Source: Hyaloraphidium curvatum SAG 235-1
Lineage: Eukaryota > Fungi > Monoblepharomycota
Reading direction: 5' to 3'
Assembly: GCA_025558095.1 (NCBI GenBank)
Contig: JAIVFI010000013.1
Location: 310,001 to 374,000 of the forward strand
DNA: 64,000 nt
The position numbers were made by a program, and so were the translations under genes. Each line of letters starts with the position of its first letter. The first letter of the stretch is position 1. Shown here piece by piece: positions 12,689-24,436 of this stretch. The notes below the pieces were generated by a model. It had not been told where the DNA came from, made no database searches, and saw only the letters and a program-made list of their open reading frames with translations.

Positions 12689-13231
12689 TTAGCACGGCAC
12701 AGCAACCTTCTTACCATTCTGGTTGTTCTCCAGCTCAACCGTGCTCTTCTTGACGCCGTCGATCGTCCACCCGTGCGTGCTGGTGTGATGATTGGCGGTC
12801 TTGAAGTGGTCGCGAGCCGCCGCCACGGTGGTCACTTCTTTGTTGCATGTGATGCAGATCAGGTGCTTGTTGCCGCACATGGCATGCTGCTTCAGGTTGC
12901 CCTTTTTGGAGAACGTCTTGGGGCAGCCATTGCACTTGAGGGATCCGTCTGCCGGAATGAGGTCCTTCTGCAGCTGCTCCCCTTTGTCGCAGAGCACCGT
13001 GACGTGGTCGAGGGGCATGCCGGTCGTCGTTGCGGTTTTCCACGGTTTCTCGAGCTTGGCACTTCGGACCTGCAGGATCCACTTGTTGTCGGTGCCCTGC
13101 TCCCATTCGCCGTAGCAATGCTGCTTGGGGCACGAGTCGTCGGGCGGGTGGCACTCCTCCTTTGCTGCTGCCTTTCCGGCGCGTGGCGTGCCGTCTTTCT
13201 TCAGCGAGCCGGAGGCTTGAGCTTTTGGCAT
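12689..13231 (-). CDS. C2H2/C2HC zinc-finger protein (element cargo)
   Basis: CNGCPKTFSKKGNLKQH..C and CITCNKEVTTVAAARDHFKTANH. The start (13231 vs upstream) and a possible 3' exon are uncertain. Confidence 0.7.
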   Translation of the reverse strand: MPKAQASGSLKKDGTPRAGKAAAKEECHPPDDSCPKQHCYGEWEQGTDNKWILQVRSAKLEKPWKTATTTGMPLDHVTVLCDKGEQLQKDLIPADGSLKCNGCPKTFSKKGNLKQHAMCGNKHLICITCNKEVTTVAAARDHFKTANHHTSTHGWTIDGVKKSTVELENNQNGKKVAVPC

Positions 13232-14461
13232 CCTGAATTTGGAGCGACGGACTGGTCGGTACTCAGTGTGCAGCAAGTTGGAGCGATAGAGACGAACGCA
13301 CCGTGTGGCACCGTAGTCTGCCTCTTCTTGCCCGTGGTCCTCGAACGGGTTGGCGGCGGGAGTCAGATCTGGGCGGGGAAGCGCTAAGCATGGATCCATG
13401 AAGCAGCCCGTGACCCGCCCACCGGGAGATCTGTAAGGCGCACTTGTTTGAGAGCTCGAAAACGATCGTATCCGAGACCGCCGAGGGGCGCGCGAACGCC
13501 TGCGATCTGGGAGATCCGGTGATGAGCGGTGTACGGCGTGGCCGATAAATCGAGGCGCGCAGGCCCGTGCAACGTCTCGCAGAACTTATACTCACCTCGT
13601 CGGCCACGTCCGGAGGGTGCGGAGCGCAGCGGTCGGCGTGCGGGAGCGTCGGGATTCCTGGAAGCAGGTAGCTCTCGCCGCTCGGGGGGGGGGGGGGCGC
13701 GTCGGTCCTCCGGCACCACGCGGGCAATGCACGTGGTCCAAAAAAGGCGGTGAAGTGCGTTTCGGCCGCGGCAGGGGATTGCCGGTGCCGGGGAACGCGT
13801 GTGCTTTGAGAGTGTCGGCGATTGTGACGGTTCGTCGCAACTCCGCGCGCGACACGTCATGAACACCTACTCGAGGTTCCGCCGGAGCACCATTTTCTGG
13901 GCAACCCAGTGCCCTCTGCACCGTGCTCTGTATTATATGCGGAGGAGGGCGGGTTTTCGCGGGCTAGGCGTCTACGGGCCGGTTCTGAAGAGTGCGCCTT
14001 CAGGAGCGTCTTACGCTTTATCCCTGCATACTCCGCATCTTGGTTGCCGCAAGCGCCGCGTGTCTTGCCGGGGGATGGACCGGAAGACTCCAGACGTGCC
14101 CGGGCCGAGCCCATCGCGTCTCCCGCTGGATCCTCGGCAACTTCACCGTCGCCAAGCAGCCTTCAGAGCGAGTGGCTTCACGAGGACCTGAAGAGCGATT
14201 GGTCCGACATTGGTCAGAAGCGCACGGACCTCATCAAGCTCCGGGGCGAGTTCCAGCTTCGCCACCGCCTGCTGGAAAGGTCGCTTCTCCAGTCCCTGAA
14301 CGACAGCAAGGGCAACATCCTGCCGCCCCGCCGCCTCGGCCGAGGATGAAGGCGACACCGACGCCATGGACGCGGACGGCGAAACGGACAGGGCGCCCGA
14401 GCCTGGCCTTTGCTCACATGGGGGTCGCCGGCGGGGAGGGGGCGCTCGCGGCCAAATCCAT

Positions 14462-17400
14462 CTATTCGTCCCCCTCCTCCTCCATCTCCTCCGTCGGATC
14501 GAACGCCTCGCCCACGGTCGCGGCGCCGTTGGCCGCCTTCTTGCGGCTCCGCGTTCCGCCTTTGCCCCTCGCCCGCTTGATTACGATCTTGCGGTCCTTC
14601 CCCATCGCCGTGTCGAGCCGCAGGAACTTGCAGAGTAAGTGCTCCCAGTAGAGCAGATCCAGAAAGACCTGTTCGAACGACGGCCTCCCCGACTTTTGTA
14701 GACGGAAACCCCACCCATCCAGGATCCGCTCGATGTCCCCATACACCTCGCTCGGCCGCCACCCGCGGGACCGGAAGAACTCGGCCACATGCTCTGACCC
14801 GAGCCCGAGGGTGAAGTCCTCGACTGGCCCGCCCGGCATCTCGAACCAGCAGTCGGGGCTGAAGTAGAAGACGTCCCCAAGCGCGAGAAGGATCATGAGC
14901 TTGCCGGCGTAGGTTTTGCGGCACGGAGGCGGGATCGTGTGAAGCTCGTTCTTGTCTTCCAGTTCTTCCAGCAGGGTATCCAGCTTCTTCTCGAGCTTCT
15001 TTTTCAGCGGCCACTCGCGAACGTCCGTGCCGGCCCGAATAAAGTCCTCCCAGACCAGCTTGCAGTTGACACCCCTTGTAGCAAAGGCAAGCTGTACACA
15101 TTGCTCGAAAGCATAAAGCAGCAGGTCGAAAAGTCGTCCGCAGTGCTTGGCAAAGGGCTCCGTGCCGAGACCAATGACCTTGTTGAACGGTGTCTGGTAC
15201 GCCGTGGGGGCGCACTTGCCGCCGGTTGGGCGGATGGCTTGCTCCCATCCCTCTGCCGTCTTTGGGAGCGTCCCTTTGGGAACTTGGTGCCGGGGGTGAG
15301 ACCGTGCATTCCGGTGAGGCTTCCCGAACGCATCTAACTCACAAAGCGTCTTTGAAAGCTCGAGCTGCTTGTCCCCCCAGTCGAGCGCACGCCGCAGAAG
15401 GCATCCGGCAAAGCATCTGCCAAGCTCCTTCAAGGGGACTTTGCCCCTGGGCCAGGTCTTTTCCAGGTAGGTGAAGTAGGACCGGGCCGTGGAGGTGAGC
15501 TGACGGTTGGGCGAGATCCAAGCTTCCCGTGCTTGCCCCACGAGTGCAGCTTCTTGTCCAGGACGCTCCTGTACTCTTCGAGCGACGGCATCCCTGGGGT
15601 GACAAACTTGACGGATAGGATCTGTTTCTTGAGATTCGCCATCTTGGCCGAGACGTCCCTGAGTTCGGACGGGGGCAGGCCAGGCCTTCGCATTGCAGCA
15701 TCCAAGTGTGCAATTGCTGCTTCCATCGCAAGAACCGTTGCTACCTCCCCTGCCGGTCGAGGTCGATGAGCTCGCGTAGGCATGAACGCGACTCTGATCA
15801 GCTCACATCGTTGCGGCACAAACGCGGGCTTCGGCGGCTGCTTCTCCTCCTGCGGCTTGTCCTTGATAACAGCGTGCTTGCGCTTCTTTAAGTCGGCCGC
15901 CGTAAGAGTTGGAGGGCGGATCTGCCAGACCGCGCGGAGCGCGCTGAGCAGCTTGTTCACCAGCTCGTTTGCCGACCGCGGGGGCCTATCTGTCTTGAAT
16001 AGGAGGTCCTCCAGCTTTCCGAACGCATCTGCAAGGAGGCCCGAGGTCAGCCAGCGGTGGATGAGATAACGATGCGCCGCCCACATACCGTGTAGGCGGA
16101 TCGCGCGCTCGTCGACATACGCATGCAGCCGGCCCTCGTTCTCCTTAGATAAAAGATCGCCTGCCCTCGCGCCGCTGAATGACACGAGCTTCGAGTGGTA
16201 GGTCCCAACGAAAAGGAGGGCTGGCGATCCGTGCTTGACTAGGATGCGGTACAGCTCGCGGATGCCTCGGTTGTAATGGTATTTCAGCCAATGGGCAGGG
16301 CCGCAGTCATCGTCTCGATAAACAAGACTTCTCAATCGCATGTCCAGAGGATAAATCATGAAGAGTGCAAAGAAGAGCGCGAAAAAGTCCTTCTCGCGCT
16401 CCCCGCTGGCCTCGTTGCGCAGCGAGTTCGCCCCCTTGAACGTCTCCGCGGCATGTAGCTCCGCGGATTCATTGAAGAGAAACAGGTCCGGGAAAGTTCG
16501 CTGCAGGCGGTTCAGGTGCGGCTTAAAGTCTCTGGATAAGCGAAAGCACGCCACCGCCGATCGGGTTTCTTCGACCAGAATAGCGAGATTCCTGCCGGAG
16601 AAGCGCCAGTCTGTGGCGGCCGGTGCCTCCGCCAGCTTCGATGCGTCCGTACTTGCGACCAGCGTCGCCAATCGATCCCTGCACGAGCACACACGCAACG
16701 AAAGCACGCCCAAGGTGGCCCACCGCAGCTACAGAAGCGAAGGCGTCGGTGGTCCCGCGAACCTTGCTCGAAAGGTCGAAAAACTCCGCCAATACCGCAC
16801 CGATGTCCTTTGCAATCCCGCGTCCCGAGCCGGCGGCCCTCTCCCCGCCGGGGAGGCGAGGGATGGATACGGTGGCCGGGAACCGGATTCCTCCTATCTC
16901 GTGCATCTGCTCCTCGGAGTCCCGCGCCGGATACAGTTGGGTGGCAATGTCGTCGCACACTTGGCGTGCCGCGTCCTCGCTGATTAGCGGGACCAAGCCA
17001 AGCAGGCCAAAGTTACGCGTAGTCATCTCTGCCGCGCGCTGTTTCCGCAGGTCCTGCGCCGTCATGGCCGGAGCAGAAGGCGCCGCCGCAGACGGTGCCG
17101 CTGCGCTGACCGGCACCGACCCGGCAGCGGGTGCCTTCTCCACGACCGGCTCCCCAGAGGGTTCATCCTCGGCATCCGTGGCAGCAGCACCGCCTTGAGA
17201 AGCGGCGTCCTCGTCCTCGTCCTCGTCGGTGTCCTCCAGCAAGTACCCTCCCTCCGAGGGCATGTACTCGGATCCCGCGTCAAGGTCCTTGTCCCCCTCC
17301 ACCGCATCATCCTCTGCGCCAACCCCCCCCGCATCCCCGTGTTGCACTGAGTCGTCCGCGCCATCGTGCACCACGAAATTCATCGCGGCCGGCTGCTCGC

Positions 17401-19110
17401 CTGCGCCCTCGTCGTCGGCGTGTGCGGAGCCTCCATCCTCAGCATCTTCCGTCACCGGTGGGTCCTCGCCCGCGCCCTCCCCGTTGACATTGTCGCCCGC
17501 ACGCTCCGCGCCGTCGAGCACACTGCCGGCCGCGTCCTCGTCCTCGAGGGGCTCGCCGCCGGCGCCCTCGTCCGCGCCGGCTGCCTCATCTGCGCCGACC
17601 GCTGCGGATCCCTCGCGCTCGTCGCGCGCGTCCTGCTCCGAGCCTGTCGCACCCCCGTCGTCGGGGCCGCCACGAAGCTGGTGGAAATTGTCGTCGAAGG
17701 CGCTGATACCGAGCGGGGCATCGAAAAGCTGGTTGCTGGCCTGGGCCGTGCTGCGGGTCTGATGACAGGGACGGTGGCTGAGAGCGAACGATCCCGCACA
17801 ACGCTCGCAAACCCAACCAACCTGCGCGGCATCCTTGATCCTCTGGCTCTTTTCGGCACCCGGTGCGTAAATTTTGAGGGTTTCTATCGCGATCGCAGTC
17901 TCCTCGAAGTAGGCCTTGTCGAGGAGCTCTGCGGTGGATGCAGTCAGCGGAGCTGACCCAACGGCCCGTTTGCCTGCCCATTGCTTCAGCTCACCACGCG
18001 TGTTGCTGGTGGTGTTCTTGATGTCCTGGAGCACCGCGCCCTGCACCCAGGTGCAGTCCTCCTCAATCGCGGCCTTGAGCTTGTCGGCATCCCGGGCGGG
18101 ATCCGCGAGCGACCTAGGCGCGTAGATGACCATAAGGTCCTCGGACCGCTCGCCGAACAGAACGCGCCCTTTGGGCGCCTCGCCCGGTTCGTGGAATCTG
18201 ATGTAGGACGACTTCGTCGGCCGCCAGCGCACGGGCCCGGGATCACCTGTCTCCGGATCGCACTCGAGGGAAACGTGAGGATCGGGAAGCACGGCGCCCT
18301 TGACCGCAACGTGGCGCAGCATTCCGGGTATGTCAAACACGGCCTCTTCCCATGCGTCCATGTTGTAGGTCCTGAACTCCTCCCCGAAGGCCTTCTTGAT
18401 CCTCAGCATGGTCTGCGACGCCAGCCCCGAATCCATCGGCACTGTCCTGCATGCAAAACGTCGGAGGTCAGGCATGCTCATGGCCTCAAAAAGGATGCAC
18501 CCGCCAGCCGTAGTTCAGAGCAGACTCCATCACCACCCTGTGTTTCTCGAGATACGTCTGCTGCCTGTAGGAGATCAACGTCGAGCGAAACAGGTCCTCG
18601 GAGCGCTCAACGTCGCCCCAGATGGACTCGTCCAGCTCCCACATGGGGATGTGGTAGAATCTCCCGTGGAAGAGGACGAAGCCGCCTGGGGGCACGACAG
18701 CGTAGCTGCGAGAAAGCCCAGATCAGAGCCGGTCACCCTTCGGGATCCGGCACAGGAACGCACGCGTTGAGCTCCGGGAAGTATAACACGCTGTTCACGT
18801 TCCTTACGAGTTCCCGACGGGAAGGAAGTGAGCTGGCGGCTGTCGCGTGGTTCACGGGGGGCACATTGGTCGGTCTGCTCGCTGCTGCACGCCAGCATGC
18901 ACTGATTGCATCATCTCCACCAGAAGCACGGTGATTCGGGGGATGGGTTTGGGGCGCATTTGATGCCGGACACGGTTTCCGCGGGCATGGGTTCGGGGCA
19001 TGGGTTCCCGGCGACGCTGGGATTCGCTTTAGCACGTCTTTTTGCTCATCGCGGTTGCAAACTAGATCTTTTCTGCGTTGCCAGTCGTCCGGATCTTTCG
19101 TCCGAGGCAC
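14462..19110 (-). CDS. Large multi-exon cargo protein; C-terminus resembles the aG/PT-PPlase (HhH-glycosylase-like DNA base-modification) family
   Basis: Consecutive minus-strand ORFs (18486-18695, 16523-18481, 15430-16713, 14462-15541) are separated by intron-like gaps and include a central acidic tract. C-terminal GKLMILLALGDVFY and LYWEHLLCKFLR. The 5' end is not resolved and not every junction was traced. Confidence 0.5.
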
Positions 19111-20426
19111 TTCCAGGTCAGCTGTCGCACGAGGTGCGGTCTCACCGCTACGGAGCGGCTTTCGGCCGATCGGGCGGCGGTTCTGCGCTCCCGGTGCGAA
19201 CCTTCATCTTCACCAATGAATTGGAGAAAGGCGCAGGTCCGAAGGCGGGCAACAACCCCGTTGACGAGGGCATACCGGACCGCGAGGCGTGGTGAACGGG
19301 CCGGTGCGCTTCCGCGGCAATCATTGCGATTGCATCAGGTTGAGGATACCTCTACGGCCTTCTCTCCGAGCGCAGCGGCGTAGGCGTCGTGTGTAGACTT
19401 CTTTCATTTGATCTTTTCCCCTTAAAGCGCTGGCTCGGGGTCTGGTGACCGCACCGTGAAGAGATCGGGGCATCCGACGATCTGGAATGTTTGCAATGTA
19501 TGTGGAGCAGGTCCCCTGTCCCTCGTGCGCCCGCGAGAACCGGTGCTGGGCGCTGGAAGAGATGAAACGTGGTCAAATTTGGTGAAAAATGAATGTGGAG
19601 CGGTGGTGGAAGCTCGGAGCCCTTCCAGACCCTCCAAGCCCGCCGAAACAATTTGAACCGTTTTGCCGATGGATGAAAGGGGCGGTTCCCGACGACCACC
19701 GCGGCGACACGCGGCACCGGAGCGCTTATAAAGTAGAAGATGGGAAAAGAAATGGAGATGGTAAGCGATGAGCGCAAACGACGGAGAAAGGTGCGGAGAC
19801 CCACGAAAAAGAGCATCGCGAGATATAATAGGGAAATTTGGGAGGGAGCGCCGTCGAGGGGACGGGGAGTCAGAAACGGTTCGGGCCGGCTGCTGACCTC
19901 GCCGACGCCGAAAGTCGAGCTTGGACGCACCCGGCCGATGAAGAATCAGTGCAAAAGCGCCGCCGGCCCCGCGAATGCCCGCCTGCATCAACGGTGGGGT
20001 TTGTGCGCGGGAGATTCGATTCCGTGGCTTGACCGGCGACATGGTCTATAGGAAACACGAGTCGAAATGGGAACTGCCAACAAGCGGGCGCAACGGCAAG
20101 ATACGGTGTCAGAGCAGCGCGAAGAAAGCTCGGATTGAACCTACATTGTTTTGCGCGCGGGGGGGGATGGGGGTGTTGGAGTCGGTCATCTGAGCGGGGC
20201 TCGTGTGAGGTTTCTTCCTCGTCCTGTGCCGATCCGACGCTACCGACGCGTTCCATGGGGACGTATCCCGCTGAATGCAATCTTTCTTCCGGCCTCTACG
20301 GAGCCGGATGTGCACGGATGAGGATGAGGTTCGGTGTTTACGGTTGTTGCCGGCCCGCCGCTCGCACACTCTTCCCGGGCGTGACAGGCCAGTCGGGTGC
20401 GGCAGACTGTCTGTTGCATTATCCGA

Positions 20427-20730
20427 TGGACCACTCGCAGCGGCCGTGGACCGCTTGCTTTGCCCGTGGACCAATCTTGGCGGCCGTGGACCGCTTTCCC
20501 GTGGCGTGACAGGGCCAGTCGGGTGAAACGCGGGCCTGAACCACATGAGCCGTGGACCACATGAGAATCCGGGAACCAGTTGCGCAGACCGCCGAGTTCC
20601 CCTGTGAACCGTCGCAAGGCTCTATATGAGATTCTTGCCCACGACGGACCACTCGCGGCGGCCGTGGACCAATCGTGGCGGCCATGGACCAATCGCGGCT
20701 GCCGTGGACCGCTCGGGCGGCCGTGGACCA
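20427..20730. repeat. 20-bp-periodic (CCG)TGGACC repeat array, two blocks
   Basis: TGGACC starts at 20427, 20447, 20467, 20487 and 20553. GGACC ends at 20650, 20670, 20690, 20710 and 20729. Confidence 0.9.
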
Positions 20731-20759
20731 CTTGCGGCGACACGGCATTCAACGGCACG

Positions 20760-21206
20760 ATGCCCTTCTGGCTCACCTACCAAAGGTGGGGAGCTCCGGT
20801 GATCGGAGAGGAAGGTGAGAAACTGACTTTACTTTTCCAGGCAACGAGTCGTGCGCGAGATCCGCAAGATCGCGTCGCTAGCGGACGACGGGGTCGTATA
20901 CACCAACCTGTCCGCCCAAGAGGGCTCCGCCGTGCCGTCGTCGAGCGGTGGCTGGCCACTCTGCCTGAGGTGCGTGCGTGCTTCCGTGCTCGTGGGTGCT
21001 CTCTTGACCTTGCGACCCAGACTCTCGCCCGGCTTGCGGCTTCGGAGGACTCGGCAAAGGACTCGCTGCCGCGGTTCTTTCCCCGCGAGAACGCAACGGC
21101 GCGGCGCCTGCTCAACGACTACATCCAAGACGTCGCGGAGGGGTACCAGTCTAGTAGTTTCCGTTGGCCCTCGTGGTGTGGCCGACAGTCCGATAGTACT
21201 GAGTGA
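20760..21206 (+). pseudogene. Possible spliced small gene with an apparent frameshift
   Basis: MPFWLTYQR|QRVVREIRKIASL... with GT..CTGAC..AG introns at ca. 20786-20840 and 20970-21020. The protein-like frame switches near 20920 to LRRAVVERWLATLPE|TLARL...YIQDVAEGYQ. Confidence 0.3.
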
Positions 21207-24200
21207 GTTGAGTGTGATGATCAGTCCGCTTGCTATGCGCAGGGTTATCTTCCCGTGCCTGCTGGCATTCAGCTTCTCTCTCTCGCTGATGTAATGGACG
21301 TAGATGGTGTAGGGTGATCAGCGGTGGAGGAGTGAATAGCCCCGGGAGTAGAGAGCTGATCAGTCCGAACCGCAAGACACACTCCCGAATTCCGGCGCCG
21401 CCGGGCCACAATTTCCCACTCGAAGGAAGCAGCAGTCCCTTGAGCGACACGGAAACACAAGGCTTTGCTCTGGTGTGGTCGGACACGGCTGCCGGGACGG
21501 CCCAACTTGGACTGCCACGCTCATCCGTCGCGCGCTCTCCTCCCTTTCCAGCACACGAATCCCGCAGACAGCGGACCTCATGCGACACAGCTACCGCTCG
21601 ACATGTACGTGCTGCTGTCGGTCGTGCCGTTTGCCGGAGATTTCCGGGCCGTCTGACCCGTTTGCCCTTGCGTCCCCGCCTGCGCCGTCGAGTCAGGTCG
21701 GACCGCACGCCGTGCCCAATGGAAGCATCTCCAATTGCCGAGTACGTGGCGAGGCGCTTTCGCTGCTCGCGTCTCTCACATTCCTTTCCATTCAGACTCG
21801 TGCTCCTACCCACCGCCCACGGGCTACCCACGTCGGACCGGCCGGCGAGCTCGGGGCAGGTGGACTCGGGGAAGCGGACTCGGCGAGGGGAGGCGGGTTC
21901 GGCCGGAGTTCGTGATCCGTCGTGCGCGACAGGAAATCGCTCCCCGGTCGACGATGCCGACCGTAAGCCTTGTCCTGGCGGACGGGACGGTCATGGCCAC
22001 CGCGGGCGATCGCGGCTACCTACGCAGGCAAGCGTGGATTCGCTTCTCGTCGTGCGCGACAGGGGAGTGCTTCCGCGCCTGCTATGCTAGCTAGCTGCCC
22101 GATCGTCCGCGGTCCGTGGTGGAAGTTTGCAGACGGTCCTGGACAGCCATTCGCGCCGCCGATACGCACCTCCCCTGCCTCTCCGAGCGCATCGTCGACC
22201 TCCACCCGGTGCACGTTCTTGTCCCCTTTGATCTGTTTCCAGGAAAACTTGGCGCCCTTCGAGACTTTCTTCCCCTCGCCAGGCCGCACGGTGAAGAACC
22301 GGCAGCCGGCGAGCGCGGGCTGGACGCCGTTGGGGACGCCCGGCCGGAGGTTCTCGGACGCGTGCAGGTGCACCATTGATGTGCGCGAGCGGAGGAGTGG
22401 CTGATGGGCGGGATTCGGTGTTGCGGGTCGCCGGTCCGGTGCGCCTGGAAGGAAGTTCGTGGACAGGCAGCAGCAGGACCCTGGCACTGACACCCCCGCA
22501 AACGCCGCCCGCTCTTCCCGCGCGAGCGGGTGATCGATCGACCATCAAGGGCGAATTCTCGAAGGTGTGATAAGAGATCCGGCCGGTCCGCATGGCATCA
22601 TCCACAGGGACGCCGCCCAGCGGACCCCGCCGCGCCCGTCCTCCGTCCGGCGTCGCTGCATGCGGGAATCACGGGAGTATGAGACTCAAACGGGGCCCGA
22701 ACGATGGGGCAAAGGTCCATCCCCAAGGATCTCGGCCGATCGGGGCTCGAGTTATCGGGATCGCAGCAGTGCGAGGCAATTTCCTGGGTTCCCGTAGGAG
22801 GTTTGTTAGTGGTCGCACGGAGCGCAGAGCTGGACCCTTGCGCGTCGAGCCGACAAGTCAAACCTCCCTTTTGACGGCGCTCCCCGGCGCATACCGCGCC
22901 CGCGGCTGTGCGGATCCCCGCCGGACGCAGCCCGCGTGGAAAGGAGTTCAAGAGGCACGCACTGGTTGCCTGTCACCGGCCGCCGCGGGCTCTCTGCGCG
23001 ACCAGGACCATGCCTGCGCGGACCGGCGACGGCCGAGTAGACCAACATCCCACCTCATCAACCTGCGGGGCCCGACCATGCGAAAGGCCAGGGGTTGTGC
23101 GATGCGCGACGTTTGGCGATGGATCTTGGGCAAATCGCGGATTCTTTTCGCAGGCGGCGCTGCTCACACGCGAGGACGGTCCCCAGTACCCGGAACGCGC
23201 CGAAGCCGGCCAATCTCGGCGGATGATGGACGCGGAAAGCTAGAACGGTGAAGCGATGGGCGATTGGAGGCCTTCCTACACAGCACAGCAATAGGCTCCA
23301 GTTCACACTCGTCAGCAACTTCGAGCTTCCGGCTCTCCAGACGCCAAGTCCACAGGCCCGCCCTATAGAAAATACGTAATAAAGTCGTGCGATGACGATC
23401 TGGAGCAAAGGAGGATGATTCTTGCCACGCTCGACCTGGTATCGAGAGGTCAGGTCAAGGCAATGGGGGATGGCACCAGTATCTGATCATGGTCCAACCG
23501 TTCGCCCCATCCTGCCGCGTTCTCACCGCGCGTGTTAGGGCACGTTAGGGCACCGTGAAAACTCCTCGGATCATGAACGTCTCCGGTTCCAACCGCGGGC
23601 ACACGATCCACGACGATCCGGCACGCGCGGAAAGGGGCGCGGTCTCGCCGAACACCACGGCCATCCAGCGGCCGCAGTCGCCCGACCCGCACGGCAAAAG
23701 GAGGCGCATAATGGGCAGAGTTTGCGCTACAGGCGCCAGCGCTGCGGCGGCGGCCGCCGTCGCGCACAGGCGGCGTTGCCCGCTGCGCGCCGCCACTCCG
23801 CAGCAGGGGTGACCTCCCATCGCTCCGAACCCGCCGAAGACCGTCTGAACGGAGCCTCTTCCGCGTGTTGTCGGACCTTTCCTTCGGGCGCAGGAGGATT
23901 CGTTTCGGAGCGCTTCGGTGTGCGCGCGAGAGCCGGCTTGGCCCCGAAAGGTACCCCGCGGCAACCTCGACACAGAAACGCGATATGGCGACCGAGGGAA
24001 CGCGGAGCACGCCGGAGAATTCCTCGGGAATGGAGCGCGCGCGCCGGTCCGACGCGTTGCGGCACCGACGAGGGGCGTCGGCCCCGGTGGTGCTAAGGCC
24101 AACCGACCCCCGGTCGCCGTCATGGCTGAACTTGACCCCCGGTCAAATCGCGCGCGCCGATCGGGGCCCAGGCCGGGCGGAGCTCGGAGTCGGAGCAGGC

Positions 24201-24436
24201 GCAGCAGCTCGTTCAACTGTGCAGCATGCACGGGGCTACCGGCGGCTCGACGCGGCCGACGGGGCAGCGACGCGTTCGAAACGAATGAGAATGCAGCTGA
24301 CATGAATTTCGGGAGCACTGCAGCGCGTTCACGGCGCGCGACGAGCGCACTCTGTCGTGGGGGAGCGGAGCCGGGTGATTGACTCCACGCGCCCGCGGCG
24401 CGGCAGAAGCAAAAGTTCGAGCCCCAGAACCTCGCA

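Noticed and set aside
13909-14367. Small ORFs on either strand between the zinc-finger and large cargo genes
   Set aside because: Somewhat coding-like, but the strand and start cannot be determined and no motifs are recognisable.
20427-20730. CRISPR array
   Set aside because: The constant core is only about 9 nt, the linkers are about 11 nt and similar to each other, there are no cas genes, and the context is eukaryotic.
22600-24430. Multiple overlapping 100-300 aa ORFs upstream of Fanzor
   Set aside because: Arg/Ala/Pro-rich translations typical of GC-rich non-coding DNA; probably promoter or spacer.
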